A stretch of 64,000 nt of DNA from Antedon mediterranea (Eukaryota; Animalia; Echinodermata). Every line of letters starts with the position of its first letter. The first letter of the stretch is position 1. The stretch covers positions 29,456,437-29,520,436 of the forward strand of contig NC_092672.1 in assembly GCF_964355755.1 (NCBI RefSeq). The letters run 5' to 3'. The translations under genes were made by a program, and so were the position numbers. The notes under the pieces were generated by a model that was given only the letters and a program-made list of their open reading frames with translations, was not told the DNA's origin and did not search any database. Below, piece by piece: positions 1-13,455 of the stretch.

Positions 1-149
1 CACTGGAGCTCTCTGTTACAAATTTCTCATGCAAAAATCGCGGAATACTCATTCTTGTGATATATATTCTTTGATATAATATAAGTTCACTTAGTTCAGT
101 ATTTGTATTTTTCAGTATATTTTATGTTACAATATTATTTATACTAATA

Positions 150-412
150 TAATGTCACATAATAGTTATTCACTTTGACCAAAAATTTAAAAATATTTAT
201 CTGAAAAACTGTAATTTAAAGCAAAAAATATTGACTGGAAGTCCAAGTGTTATTGGTTGTATTAAATAATTTATTTGGTTATTTTATAAATGAAAACATT
301 ATTTTTTTAATTTTTTTTACGGAAGTGATTAACTTTATTAAAACTGCAGAATGGTCTTTTTTTGTTTATTCATCTTCATTTCTCATGTTTTTGGGGAACA
401 ATACATCTTTAA
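150..412. mobile_element. Partial copy of the TTAA-target MITE (right end)
   Basis: Shares taatgtcacataatagttattcactttgaccaaaaat and the right end ggggaacaatacatct-ttaa with 812-1167. Confidence 0.8.
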
Positions 413-429
413 CAACAATGGTGTTAGGT

Positions 430-442
430 GTTGCCTGGCAAC
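430..442. promoter_or_regulatory. RFX X-box-like site
   Basis: GTTGCCTGGCAAC palindrome with 1-nt spacer, 2.5 kb upstream of the dvl ATG. Confidence 0.4.
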
Positions 443-811
443 CATAAACATATGAATGGCATGCCCGGCCCACTGTTACGCAGATTCACAGTCTTTCTTT
501 TGTAAAAACGTAAATTTATTATATATATAGATTGTAATTATGAAATTTTATCATAAATAATGTAAAATGGAACTGATATTTTTTTTATTAAAATATTTTT
601 TTCTTTTTTTGGAAGATAACATTGTTTTGAGCAGTTTTTGTTTTTCTTTTAAACCTTATACTTTATTTAATTTTTGGATTTTTTATTTAAGAAAAAAAAA
701 TGCAGTGCTTTTATGTATAAATCAGCAAAAAAAAACCGGGAGTACATATATGGTGATGTACTTGAGAATATTTCAGTTATCAGTTAAAAATTGATAGTAC
801 AAAGTCTTTGG

Positions 812-1167
812 TTAAAGATGTATTGTCCCCCTGAAAAAATCATTTTTTTAAAAATTTGTTTGTTGAATATGCTATTTTAATGTCACATAATAGTTATTCA
901 CTTTGACCAAAAATTGGATCGGAAAAAAAATTATTTACCTGAAAAAACTGTAATTTAGAGCCAAAAATAGTCAAATTGGCTGCCAGCCAATGGGTTTTTG
1001 ATTGAATTTAACTGTTTATTTTGTCATTTTATAAGTGAAAACATTATTTTTTCGGAATTTTTTTCTACGGAAGTAATTAACTTTATTAAAATTACAAAAT
1101 GGCATAATCGAGGTTTGATTTTAATAATCTTCATTTTTCATGTTTATGGGGGACAATACATCTTTAA
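812..1167. mobile_element. Kolobok-like MITE with TTAA target duplication
   Basis: TTAA-agatgtattgtccccc ... gggggacaatacatct-TTAA: perfect 16-bp TIR with AG..CT termini. Family assignment is inferred from TSD and termini. Confidence 0.8.
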
Positions 1168-1537
1168 GATGTGGACATAGATTTATATTTTTGTATTTTG
1201 AGTTTTATCATATTTTCTTCAGTAATGTTATTTATTACTATTTATTAATGCTGGCAACACACTATTTGTAAATACATTTTTTAAATTCAAATATACTACA
1301 GTGAACTCTCCCAATACTGGACAGCCTTGTGGAGATCTTTAGTCCTACCGTACCCAAAAAAACAGAGGAGATCTTTTAGTATCTACGATTAACTGAGCCT
1401 AGAAAATATCCAAAACCAAAAGTAACATCATAAAAGCTTAATAAAGCAACCCAATTGTGACTGCCACTAACAGAATTAGAAATCTTATTGTTTTTTAACC
1501 AATGAGTTTATAAGATTACCCATGCTTTCAATACTAA

Positions 1538-1768
1538 AGCTCTGTTTACACTATCATACTAGTTTGACAAAAAATGTGATGCGAGATGAACCCAAATATG
1601 GTAGTGATAATAATAATAATAATGGAAATTTGTAAAGCGCAAGCATCTGTCTAAAAAAAGACGCTCACTGCGCTAAATATGATATGGTAGTGAAATGACA
1701 TCATCATGTCCATATATGGGCATATCATTTTTTTTTGTCACATAAAGGTTGATAGTGTAGACAGAGCC
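1538..1768. mobile_element. PIF/Harbinger-like MITE with a nested LINE/SINE 3' tail
   Basis: TIR agctctgtttacactatca / tgatagtgtagacagagcc with TAA on both sides. A reverse-oriented (AAT)n retroposon tail is inserted at about 1608-1675. Related pieces lie at about 10876, 43618, 58675 and 63345. Confidence 0.8.
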
Positions 1769-2992
1769 TAAGTCTCAGTTTGTTGCTTAGATTATGTAAA
1801 TTTTATTAACTTTTTTAATTTTTAATATTATATTCATAATTAGATATTTATATGCTATAGATAACCGTAGCCTAATACATTTTGTTATACATAAACATTT
1901 TTGTTAAGTTTTGCTATTTACATTTGTATTTATGTAACATTTCTGTATGGAACTTAATTGAATACAATTTTATTTAATTTTTATATAAATATGTACTTTT
2001 TTATTTTAATTTGAAAAAATGTTATTAATATTTAATTAATAAATAATTTTGTTAGAAATCACTTTTTTGTAAATAATGTTTTGTATATATGCAGTATACA
2101 TTGGAATGAGTGAAAAAAACTTAAAACAATTTAGTTCTTTTTTAAAATTACTTTTTACAGTTGACATTTGTAACATGAGGTAAAATGGCAAAATATAAAT
2201 GTTTTCAGTATAATGAATCTGTTAAAAGTAAAGTCTCCAATTAAAGACCACTTATGATAATAATTTGTTGTAACATTTATTTTCTCCGTATTGTAATGTC
2301 CTAATGTTTCAACATCTCGACACGAAAAGAAAGGCGAGGTATGTATATAGACGCAGAGGGTGCGGCTCATGGACGGTATCAATGTATTGGAGGGTTGTTC
2401 ATCATTTTTGCTCCTTTTCAAGTAATGCGGAAAATGGTCTTCCATTGGTTTATCCAGGTATGCTTGGCAAAACAAAACAGTACTTATCTAATTATTGGAC
2501 ACTCACTTATATTTACCCTTGCCATTCACATCAATAGAGACGTACTTCTGGTGACATTAATTTAACAATGTGTTAAAACACATGACACAAACGAAATGAG
2601 CAAACTCGTCCTGACTGAGAAAATAAAATTAATTGTCGGATTTTCACTATTAATATATTACTGTAATTTTACTAATTAAAATATATTGTTATCTGACATC
2701 TTAGGCCATATCACCATCGTTTTATTGTCACAATCACTATTATCATCATTTTCTTCTCATGAGGACTAATTATTTGTGAAGGCATTCAATTATTTATTTT
2801 TTATAAGAAAAAATAAAAATATAAAGCAACCAAAAAATAAAAAGCGTTATCGACGTTGAGGGAGCTATTTATGAAACTGATATGTGTCAAAGGTTACCGT
2901 AGCATTTGGAAAGAGTGTACCAAGAAGCTGAGAGTTCGAGAAGAAGTGGTCACCCTTTTTGAGGAATTTTTATTAGTTTTAGTTCCTCCGAA

Positions 2993-3153
2993 ATGGAGGA
3001 GACCAAGATTATATATCACATAGATGACGAGGATACACCTTATTTAGTGAAATTATCAATTCCTTCATCAGAAGTTACGCTAGGAGACTTTAAAAATGTA
3101 CTCAATAGACCCAATTATAAATTTTTCTTCAAATCGATGGACGATGATTTTGG
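2993..3153 (+). CDS. dvl: Dishevelled coding exon 1 (DIX domain N-part)
   Basis: ATG at 2993 reads [54 protein letters not shown], the Dishevelled N-terminus. It ends at a phase-2 donor GG|gtatgt. Confidence 0.98.
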
Positions 3154-5001
3154 GTATGTTGTTGATTAATTATTCTTTTATTATGACTAATTTATGTCAT
3201 TTTAATGTCTGTGAAGAATCATCGACATTGTGTTTTGAATATAATATATTTGATTGGTTTAATATTCATTATATTTATATTTTAAAGAAAAGGTTAGTAA
3301 GAGAAACCCGATCTGTCCAAACAGCCTAGCGTTGATTCACTCGCGATGCACAATGGCCGTTCAAAAGGATTTCACAGGCGGCGGAGAGCTTCGTGTTGCG
3401 GCTTTCGCTGCCTGTGTAGCCGTCAGTACAAACAAGCTAGAAATCCCATTGTTTACATTACCAGTATTTTACTTAAATTTGCTTTTTACTTTAACAGTTA
3501 TTCATTAAAACACGTTTTACTTTATATTATGTCCATGCAATCATTATTTAAATGAAATACTTGGGTTTTATTTATTAAATGTTAATTTATTTTATCAAAA
3601 TGTGAAATTTAATTTAGAGGTGATCCCTGTCAGATCAACATTTGTACTCTCTCAAACTCTACCAGGATTACATACTCTAGTTGATTTTCCTTTAAAAAAT
3701 ACACAAAATAACATAGATCAATACAGCTTAATAATTGTTTTTATTGTGTGTTTTTCATGTAACATTTTCACCTCTCATTCATGAATAAAACAGGTCATCA
3801 CATTCATAATTGAAAGTACTGTATAATATAGCACTAGCAGCCATGTTTTGCAAATCTGTATTAGTGATACCTATACTACTGTATAGCAGCTGAAAGATTA
3901 TTGCCAAATGCATTTAAAAAATCGTAGGCTTAAAATATCAATTGCATTGTAAACAAATTAATTGACGCAAGTTATTTATTTATTCATTTTTCTTGAAATT
4001 TTATGGAATTGCATGCACTAATATTGTATAGGTTTTAACAAATATTTTCTGCCATTTATTTTAGGCTTATCTCTTACAGTACTGTATCATAAGAAAGATG
4101 TTTAGTATTTTCTATAGAAATTGTTTGTCAAAATTTTTATTATTTTATATGATAATGGAAATTAAAATAAAGCTTTTCAGTATTTGTGGATGGCCACTTA
4201 CAGTAATTAAATAAGAAAGACATACATTACTGTACTATGCTTTTGAATGAGTGTTCGTTAAAACCATGAGGTTCAACTGTATAATTTACTGTAGCCTACA
4301 GTACAGTATGCCTACTGTCAATCAGACTTGTACTGTGTGTACAAAATGCTGTATGGTATACAGTAGAGTAGCTGTACTGATTTTATATTTTGTTTAGTAG
4401 GCAGAGTGGACGGCGGTGATTAATCAATAACAGTCCTGTATGATATAGTGAGGTGTTTTGCAATCTTGATGACTAATCCTACAGTAAACTGTATGTCATT
4501 AAGAAATATTCATAGTTTGTCATTTTAAGATTGAGAATGGGAAAAGAGTGTAGTGAAACGTTACACTGTACGGTATGAATACCGTACAAGTTTGTGCATT
4601 TAATACTACTGTACAGTGTACTTGTATAATGTAGATTTTTCATAACTTACTATGTACAGTTAACCTACTGTACAGTACTATATTGACAGTACAGTACTGT
4701 AAATGTCTTGTACAGTATTATACAGCAGTACAATATACAAATTTACTGTGTAACAAAAAAAGTACTGTAGCATACAATAAATAATACTGGCTTAGAGACC
4801 AAAATGAAAAGATCTGAGTAAAAGTCTGCATGTACTCTGTATACAGTACTGAAACGTCTGGACCCCTTAGGTGCATTCTGACTTGAATCCCGACGAGGCA
4901 AGTCGTCTTGATGAGGTACTGTACTAAGTGGGTACAGTAGTTTTTAGGTAGTCAGAAGAACGTAACGTTAAAACATGTTTTCTGCCGATGAGACGACACA
5001 T

Positions 5002-6220
5002 CAGACCTTGATTTAAAAGGAGCGCCATGGCGCTGACGCTCCTTGGCGCTCCTGAAAACGATCAAAGGAGCGCCTAAAATAGCGCTCCCCAACCTGTTAC
5101 AGTGCGTCATAAAAATATATATAATTGATAAGAATATTAACCCCGAATACAACACACAGTCTATATATAGTCGCGCAAACGATCTTTGTTATGGCTACCC
5201 CCGATAGGCTAGGCGCGCCTACGATCTTTGATGTTGCGAGAAAAATATCGTAAACAATTCATTCTAAATATAGTATCAGAACGTTCAATCGGTAGCTCAA
5301 AAAGACTGCCGTCAGAAGACCGTAATTATACAGACCTAGTTTTTTTGGTCACATGGCATGAAACGCGATACTCTCTGCTTTACCGCAACATCTCACATGT
5401 TTTTTTTTTAACTCAGTATGTGAGGGTGGCTGCCGACGATAAACAGTAATTAAGATCGTGTACCTGGATTTTGTGTCACATGACATGAAACACTCTCTCT
5501 GATCTTAATAACTGCTCACATGTTTTCCCCTCCAAATTCTGGTCGGGCCTTTTCTTATACACATGTCGCCTTTATGTTAAATCTTATAGTAATTAATATG
5601 GAATATATATTTATTTTGCATATATTTTGTTGGTGTCCTAGCCTAGGTGTCGTTGTTTTTATAATTCGCTAACCCAAGGTAGGATTAAATAATGTATAGT
5701 GTAGGCCGCCGAAACTAGACTAGATAGATAGCCTCGACTCTCTCTCTCTCTGCGTGAGCTGAGAGGTCCACGGACCCGATGTCGTCTCGTCGGCGGCGGA
5801 TTTCCGTCCAAATTAGGATAACCGATGCGTAGGCCTAGCTTAGTAGCTAGGGTGGCTACAAAAATTGACGTCTACTATCTTTAGATAGGATTTTAATTAG
5901 CAAACAATACATTGTTTGTTTGCATTGTCCATGCTTCTAAAGTAAAGGCGATGACAATGGTGTTTACTAACCCTACGATCGATAATTATCATAACAATAC
6001 ATCGTAGACTACGTTCAGAGAACAATGACCTACGATGAATTTTACGTGCGAGAATACCATTTCCGGCCATCTAGAGGTGTCATTTATCAAAATTCGGCTC
6101 GCCACAGGCCCAACCATGGTGGGCCTGTGCCTCGAATACTTAATCAAAATAATGGCTCTCCTCAACATATTGAGGAGAGCCATTAGGAGCTCTCCTCTTA
6201 TATTTATAAATCAAGGTCTG
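5002..6220. mobile_element. Non-autonomous TIR element (hAT-like termini, 6-bp TSD)
   Basis: TIR cagaccttgattta / taaatcaaggtctg, flanked by acacat on both sides. An empty-site paralog is at about 6400-6477. Confidence 0.85.
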
Positions 6221-7189
6221 ACACATCCTATTGTATGATACGGCCTAAGTTGGTCTTTAGACTATATAAAGCCTCATTCGCACTGGGCTTAATTCAGTCA
6301 AATTTTAGAGTAAGATCTTACCGAGGTCACAGTTAACATTCCATGCTAAATGTTACCGTCGTTCGCTCTTGGATTTATTGACTCCGTTAGTATTCCCGCG
6401 AACGTTAAACATGTTTTCTGCCGACCAGACGACACATCCTACTGAACAGTATGACACGACCTGAGTTGGTCTTTAGTGTATAGTGTACTGTACACTGTAA
6501 TGTCAGTAAACACATTACCTTGTGGTGTTTTGACTGACAGCACTACAGTACACCCTGCATGCTAAAAGCATTCCTGTTTTTTTCAAAATCCTACATTTTT
6601 TCAGAGATGAGAAATTAAACAAACAGAAGCTGTGAATAACCTAGTGTGAATAATAATGAGGAGATACCTGTAGACAGAATTTAATTTTGACAGACTGAAT
6701 GGAGTAATATGTCTGTCTCACCTAATAGTATTTAGTTTCCACTTCTTCAGAAAGTTATTCACTTGTTGTGTAGTCATAATGCCTTGCTACAGTATGCTGT
6801 TTTATATTTAATTCAATATTTCATTAACATTTTTTATTGTATTATATTGTTGAATTTACAATATTAAAATAACAATTTAATAAATTATTTAAAATACAAG
6901 TATAAAAATGAAATTAAAATATAAAGAATAATGATAAATTGTTTGTATTTAAAAATATTGTTACAGTAGAAGGGGTTTTTAGAGGGCTGTTTATTTGGGG
7001 AGGAATTTATTTTTTTGGGTGTAAAATGGTACAGTAAACATAAATCAATAAAATCTCCCACATTATCAAGAAGTAATGAAATACAGTAAAAATTCTATCA
7101 AATTGCTTGGTCATGTAGATCATTGGAAGACGGTACCATATAATTTACAAATAGAAATGTATTATAATTTAATAATTGTGTGTGTGCAA

Positions 7190-7340
7190 GTGGCGGGACA
7201 TTTATTTGAGGAAAAAATGAAAGGTCCGGGGAGATTTACAGTATTTGAGGTAAAAAAGAAAGGCCTAGAACGTTTATTCAAAATGATGTTCTATAGGAGG
7301 CGTTTATTCAAACTGGGTTGTTTATTCGAATAAATAAGGA
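7190..7340. mobile_element. Degenerate right end of a pogo/Tc1-like MITE
   Basis: Repeated gcgtttattc motifs ending ttattcgaataaataagga, reminiscent of CCGTA-terminated MITEs. Confidence 0.4.
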
Positions 7341-7358
7341 ATAAATAATTTAATGAGA

Positions 7359-7683
7359 GAGTGAGTGAGTGGCCGAGCGGTTAAGACAGTGGAACCGTAA
7401 TTACGTAGCCATAACATCGGCAGGGGTTTGAGACTCACTCACTCGATGGTTCTGGTGGTAGAACGAGTCTTCTCGGATAAGGACTATAAACCGTAGGTCC
7501 AGTGTACACATCTAGCTCATGTGCACTTTAAAGAACCTAGTACATCTTTCGAGATGAGTAGGGGGTTACCCCGGTGTATTAGTACATCACAGCCACTGAT
7601 CATCAACTGGGCCCTCTGGGAGACCAGTCTTTGACTGATGAGGTTACCCAGTATAATATTTCAATCAAAAATATTTCAATCAA
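7359..7683 (+). mobile_element. tRNA-derived SINE with a Deu/Nin-like central domain
   Basis: A box tggccgagcgg, B-box-like ggtttgagac, and gagtgagtgagt/actcactcactc stem. Central tcggataaggactataaaccg...taaagaacc...gagtaggggg..ccccggtgt resembles the Deu/Nin domain as I recall it. Short repeat tail. Confidence 0.8.
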
Positions 7684-8017
7684 TGATGTTTTTGCTACAG
7701 TACTGTACAGTACATTGCACAAAGTCCAGTCCATGTTTTTGATGATTATTAATATGAGTATCTTTATTCTAATTTAATGTCTTTCGAGATGAGTAGGGGG
7801 TTACCCCGGTGTATTAGTACATCACAGCCACTGATCATCAACTGGGCCCTCTGGGAGACCAGTCTTTGACTGATGAGGTTACCCAGTATAATATTTCAAT
7901 CAAAAATATTTCAATCAATGATGTTTTTGCTACAGTACTGTACAGTACATTGCACAAAGTCCAGTCCATGTTTTTGATGATTATTAATATGAGTATCTTT
8001 ATTCTAATTTAATGTCT
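7545..8017 (+). repeat. 235-bp perfect tandem duplication
   Basis: 7545-7779 equals 7780-8014 by eye, with tct microhomology at the junction. It covers the SINE 3' half plus unique flank. Confidence 0.92.
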
Positions 8018-10107
8018 ACACTTTTAATGGTTTAATTCTAACTGAATTAGATTATAGCCATATCATTAATGGTGTACAGTAATTAATGGATTGTGTACGG
8101 TAATGATTGTCAAATAAATAGTACAATCAATATATTCTTGTGTCTTTCATTGTGTGCTAATGTCAAACCCTACTGTTTTTATGATTTATCATTGTGAACT
8201 CTGATTGTGTACAGTACAGTTGAGTAAGCTAAAAAAAATCTACAATGATGAATGTCCTAACACATGTCAATTGTATTTATTAAAGGTATAAATTACATTA
8301 ATTCCACAATTTTGTCCTGTTTAATTCTAACCTGCAATAAACAAAATAAATCCTGTATGTGTAAATCAAATAATAATAAATTATGATCTGAAAATAAATG
8401 TACTGTAGTTTATGGTTTTGAATTTAGGACATACAGTACCTTCAAATACAGAGTGAAAAATATTCATTGGAGAAACTGAATTGTTATACGCCATTGGTTC
8501 TGAGATGTTTTGCCAAGCTCTGGCGTAATTTGGCAGTACATTGAGAATACTGTATTTGCGAAGCCAGGACCTCCAGATCACTAGCATGGCATTCATAGTT
8601 ACTGTACCTCTGGACCGCCAAGCTTGCGCTGATGGCTAGGGGTTAGATTCTAGCCCAAGAGTAGGGCAAAATATCTTGACTAATACTCCTGACACAACGC
8701 ATTCCACTCTAGTTATGTATAAACAATTATAGTACAATCCTATGGTATATTGCCATTGTCGCTAAGTAGGGTTTAAATGAACTGTGGTTAGAGCACCAGT
8801 TGAGTCTCTGCCTTGTCAGAACCTCAGACATCCCCTATCCCAGTAAAGTTATAGTATAGGACATACTGACAGTAAAAAATGGGAGGCATACTGTAAAACG
8901 AAAACCATTGAGTCAACTGAAAAACAAATGCATCTAAAGCCGACTATTGAAAAAACAAACAGAAATTGAATTGTAAATAAAAAATGGCAAGCTCTACTCA
9001 AATGAAATTATGTACTGTAATGACATAAATTATAAAGTGAATATATATTTATACAGTATTCAGTATGCTTACTGAAAGTATTCAACTCTTTTTTTTAAAT
9101 TTTCAAAAATACACAATTAAATGTCACAAGTCCTGTCAATCAAATGAATACAGTACATTGTACTGACATAAATTATTATAACTTAATTCTATAATACTGT
9201 ATATCCACTGTAGAGTATATTTGTGACCTGCAAAAATATACTACATCATAAACCGTGTCAATCAAATTAATAACATTACTGTAATTATCAATAACAAAGA
9301 CATATATTGAAATATTATCTTCACAATTCTATAATAAAACTGTTCAATTCTAAATAGCCAACAACAAAAATACAATTGTTTAGCCTTTGTCACTTCTTTT
9401 CACACGATGACTGTACATGTTGGTTTTGTTCTTGCCAAGCCAGTTATTGTCCCACTTGGTAGACACCAGTGCATTCTTGAAAACAGCTATTTGTCTCCAA
9501 TCATTGAGTGGCTTTGATTCTTGAGTATTTCTATTTATACTAATACAATAGGGGGGACAATAGCCCATGTTCAAAATTTGTACACATGGGCCCTGGACCA
9601 TTTACAATTACCTTATAATTTGTCCACCTGCGAAAATTCTTTGTGTTTAGGAAATCGGATACCGGAACAGTTTACAGTATGTCTGAGACTGTAAATTATT
9701 TTGTAATCTGTGAAATTTGTTAAATTAACAGTGCTTATGGAGTAATTTTGTTGTGTTTCAAAATATATTAAAATAAAACAATGCCTTGTTTTATATTTAT
9801 TATACACAGTAATTGGATTGCAAAGCCTTACCCTTTATACTATGCTATTACTGTATATTAAAGTTGTACTTGTCCCTCCATGTCTCACTCTTGTGCAGAC
9901 CAGGCTCAAGATCCTGTACAGTAGTATTATGGGATCCTGCCGCCTTCTTTTTTATTATCTCAAACTTAGATTATTATTTTATTTTCTTACAGTATTCTGT
10001 CTCTGAGACAATGCATGTCTTTGTGTTGCTTGTCAGTGTACAGTAATATTAATTAATACAGTAAAAAACAATTTTAATTATTTTGTAATATTTTTGTTTG
10101 CTTTTAG

Positions 10108-10177
10108 GGTTGTAAAAGAAGAAATAATTGATGATGAGGCAAAGTTGCCCTGTTTTAATGGACGAGTTATATCATGG
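10108..10177 (+). CDS. dvl: Dishevelled coding exon 2 (DIX domain C-part)
   Basis: Acceptor cttttag|; reads (G)[23 protein letters not shown]; donor TGG|gtaagt. Phase 2 in, phase 0 out. Confidence 0.98.
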
Positions 10178-10875
10178 GTAAGTTTTTAAATCAATTGACA
10201 CGTAATGGCATTAGGGTATCTGAATTACGGTACAAAAAAAATTATGTTGTGCTAAGAGTAAGACAATCTTGTATTAACAGTAAATTTCCGGGATAGCAAC
10301 ATGCCATTTTTCAGTAAGTCGCGTACCACAGAGACAAAATCCCCTGGTTTGAACTGCTAAGGGGGGGGGGGGGGGGTACTGTATATACGTTGGGGCTGTT
10401 CATTCTCTGGGACCCCTGGGTTTAGCCAGTGAGATCTTAATTCACAGCCATTACGCCATTGCTACAGGTACACCAGTAGGCCTACTGTACTGTACAATAG
10501 CTAGTTGTTGGGAGTTTTACATTTCATCTTCACTGCATTCCCACCTTTCTCACTGAGCTGAGGCTTTATGATAACAAATTATTGTTATTCACCGTGTTTG
10601 TAATGTAAACATACACACAGTACATAGAATTGAAGAAGACAGAATTAATTTGTACCCTGGTGTCCCTGTTGCACAAGATTGGTTGCACTTTGTCAGTATG
10701 CACCTCAGGCCTATGCAGAGTTTATCAAATAAACATAGAAATAAACAAGGCTGTGTAGTTACCATTAACAATAATAGGTGCTGGCCACATTAGTTGATGA
10801 TAAGTACAGAAGTCCATCATTCTCCAACAGAGTAGAACTTTGGTATTAAGGTGATGGCAATTTAACATAGTTTAA

Positions 10876-10995
10876 AGCACTGTCTACACTATCAAGTTTT
10901 ATGTGGACAAAATGTTATGTGCCTGTTAAACTTATGGACATTATGATTTCACTACTACCATATTTGGGCATATCACTAATTACCATATTTGGGAA
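10876..10995. mobile_element. Partial Harbinger-like MITE (1538 family, inverted)
   Basis: agcactgtctacactatca end plus ccatatttgggcatatcact internal motif. Confidence 0.65.
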
Positions 10996-11671
10996 TTCAA
11001 CATCTATATTCCAGTTGCTTTCGGCTTTAAAAGCTGAAGGTCTCGTAAGACCTATAAAGTATTGGTTTTTTTTTGCAAAAAGCTTTAATTTCCTTTCGGA
11101 GTTGTGTATTTTATGTCTTTGAAAGAAGTGATTCCGCTAATTACAGTCTGTGGGATTGATATTATTGGTCACAGTATACTGTATAACTACTGTATAATAA
11201 AACAATTCTTGATCGTTTCAAAATATTTCATCTTTAATACTTCAGGTACTGTACAATACTTCTCACACAGTGTTACACTATAAACAATAAAAAGACAGTA
11301 CTGTACTGTAAATAGATTAAAACCGACTACAATTTTGAGGAGAGATACTGGGCAAAATAGACAAAAAAATCATAAAGTTATTGTTTATTGCTTTAAAAAA
11401 CTACCAATGAATCTCATTAAAGTAAATAAAATAGAGAAATGATGGAAGAGTGAGAACTGAAATGATGGCCGTGTGAGTCATCGCTGTTCCATAAAAATGA
11501 ACCTGGCTGCAATTTTTTTTATAAAGAGATGTGTCCTCATTTGAAAATGTAGACTTTTGATTTAAAATTGTACAGTACTGTACAGTAAGACCGAAAGACC
11601 AAGCAAACATTGTGTTAACTGTATTTGAAAGAAAAACACAACATTGTCTTTAACTTGCTTCTAATAATATC

Positions 11672-12410
11672 GGGTATTGCTAAACACCGCAAACCTTGCA
11701 AACCTCCAAAAAACATAGCAAACCCCATCGAACCAACATAAAAGTGATTGAATCATGTAGTGTACAACCAACTGGGTATCCATGTAAAAAAAAAATTTAA
11801 TTTCTACTGTTAACTACTTATTTTTGGGGTAAAATCTCATTTTTGGTCAAAATGATTGCTAAACCCCGTAAACCTCCAAAAAAATATAGCAAACCCCACC
11901 GAACCAACATAAAAGTGATTGAATCATGTAGTGTACTGTACAACCCACTAGGTATATCCATGTAAAAAAAATATTCAATTTCTACTGTTAACTACTTATT
12001 TTTGGGGTAAAACATCATTTTTGGTCAAAAATAATTGCTAATTTTTAACCAAAAAATTATGTTTTATCCCCAAAAAAAGTAGTTAACACTAACAGTAGAA
12101 ATTTAATAATTTATATACCCAGTGGGTCGTACACTACATTATTCAATCACTTTTATGTTGGTTCGGTGGGGTTTGCTATGGTTTTTTGGAGGTTTGCGGG
12201 GTTTAGCAATCATTTTTAACCAAAAAATGATGTTTTACCCCAAAAATAAGTAGTTAACACTAACAGTAGAAATTTAATATTTTTTTTACATGGATATATA
12301 CCCAGTGGGTTGTACACTACATGATTCAATCACTTTTATGTTGGTTCGGTGGGGTTTGCTATGTTTTTTTAAAGGTTTTTTGCAGGGGTTTGCGGTGTTT
12401 AGCAATATCC
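11672..12410. mobile_element. Foldback-type element, Merlin-like (8-bp TSD)
   Basis: TIR gggtattgctaaacaccgcaaacc / ggtttgcggtgtttagcaatatcc and TSD ataatatc (11664-11671, 12411-12418). Body is two ~175-bp units followed by their two inverted copies. Confidence 0.85.
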
Positions 12411-12528
12411 ATAATATCTGATCTTATGACACACACCTCATGATTTGACCTGGGGGTTATCAGAATTGGGAAAGAACTCTGTATGAATGCGGATTATTTC
12501 TTTGGGCTATATATTATAATGCTAACCA

Positions 12529-13455
12529 TTAGTTTGCTGTGTGAACATAGCCTTATTCTGTAGTTTGCTGTGTGAATGTAGCATTATCTTGTTGTTTGCT
12601 GTGTAGACATACAGTAGCCTTATCCTATAGTTTGCTGTGTGAACATAGCCTTGCCCTGTAGCTTGCTAGTGAACATAGCCTTTCCCTGTAGTTTGCTGTG
12701 TGAACATAGCCTTACTTTGTTGTTTGATGTGTGAACATACTGTAGCCTTACCCTGTAGTTTGCTGTGTGAATATAGCCTTACCATGTACAGTAGTTTGCT
12801 GTGTGAACATAGCCTTATCTTGTAGTTTGCTGTATGAACATATCGTTATCCTGTAGTTTGCTGTGTGAACATAGCCTTACCTTGTTGTTTGATGTGTGAA
12901 CATACTGTAGCCTTACCCTGTAGTTTGCTGTGTGAATATACTGTAGCCTTACCATTTACAGTAGTTTGCTGTGTGAACATATCCAATCCTTATCCTGTAG
13001 TTTGCTGTGTGAACATAGCCTTGCCCTGTAGCTTGCTAGTGAACATAGCCTTTCCCTGTAGTTTGCTGTGTGAACATAGCCTTACCTTGTTGTTTGATGT
13101 GTGAACATTCTGTAGCCTTACCCTGTAGTTTGCTGTGTGAATATAGCCTTACCCTGTACAGTAGTTTGCTGTGTGAACATAGCCTTATCCTGTAGTTTGC
13201 TGTATGAACATATTGTTATCCTGTAGTTTGCTGTGTGAACATAGCCTTACCTTGTTGTTTGATGTGTGAACATACTGTAGCCTTACCCTGTAGTTTTCTG
13301 TGTGAATATAGCCTTACCATTTACAGTAGTTTGCTGTGTGAACATATCCAATCCTTCCTGTAGTTTGCTGTGTGAATAGTCTTACCCTGTACATTAGTTT
13401 TCTGTGTGAACATGCAGTACAGTAGATTTACCCTGTAGTTTTCTGTGTGAACAAA
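12529..13455 (+). repeat. Minisatellite, ~31-bp unit
   Basis: Unit tagtttgctgtgtgaacatagccttaccctg, roughly 28 copies, with variant units recurring in order. Confidence 0.95.

Noticed and set aside
2155-2565. Three overlapping ORFs and several donor-like sites upstream of dvl (possible divergent gene or 5' UTR exon)
   Set aside because: No recognisable protein in any frame, and one donor lies within the dispersed repeat motif. A UTR exon cannot be excluded but is not supportable.
7359-7445. tRNA gene
   Set aside because: A/B boxes are present but the cloverleaf is irregular and continues into a SINE body, so it is a SINE head.
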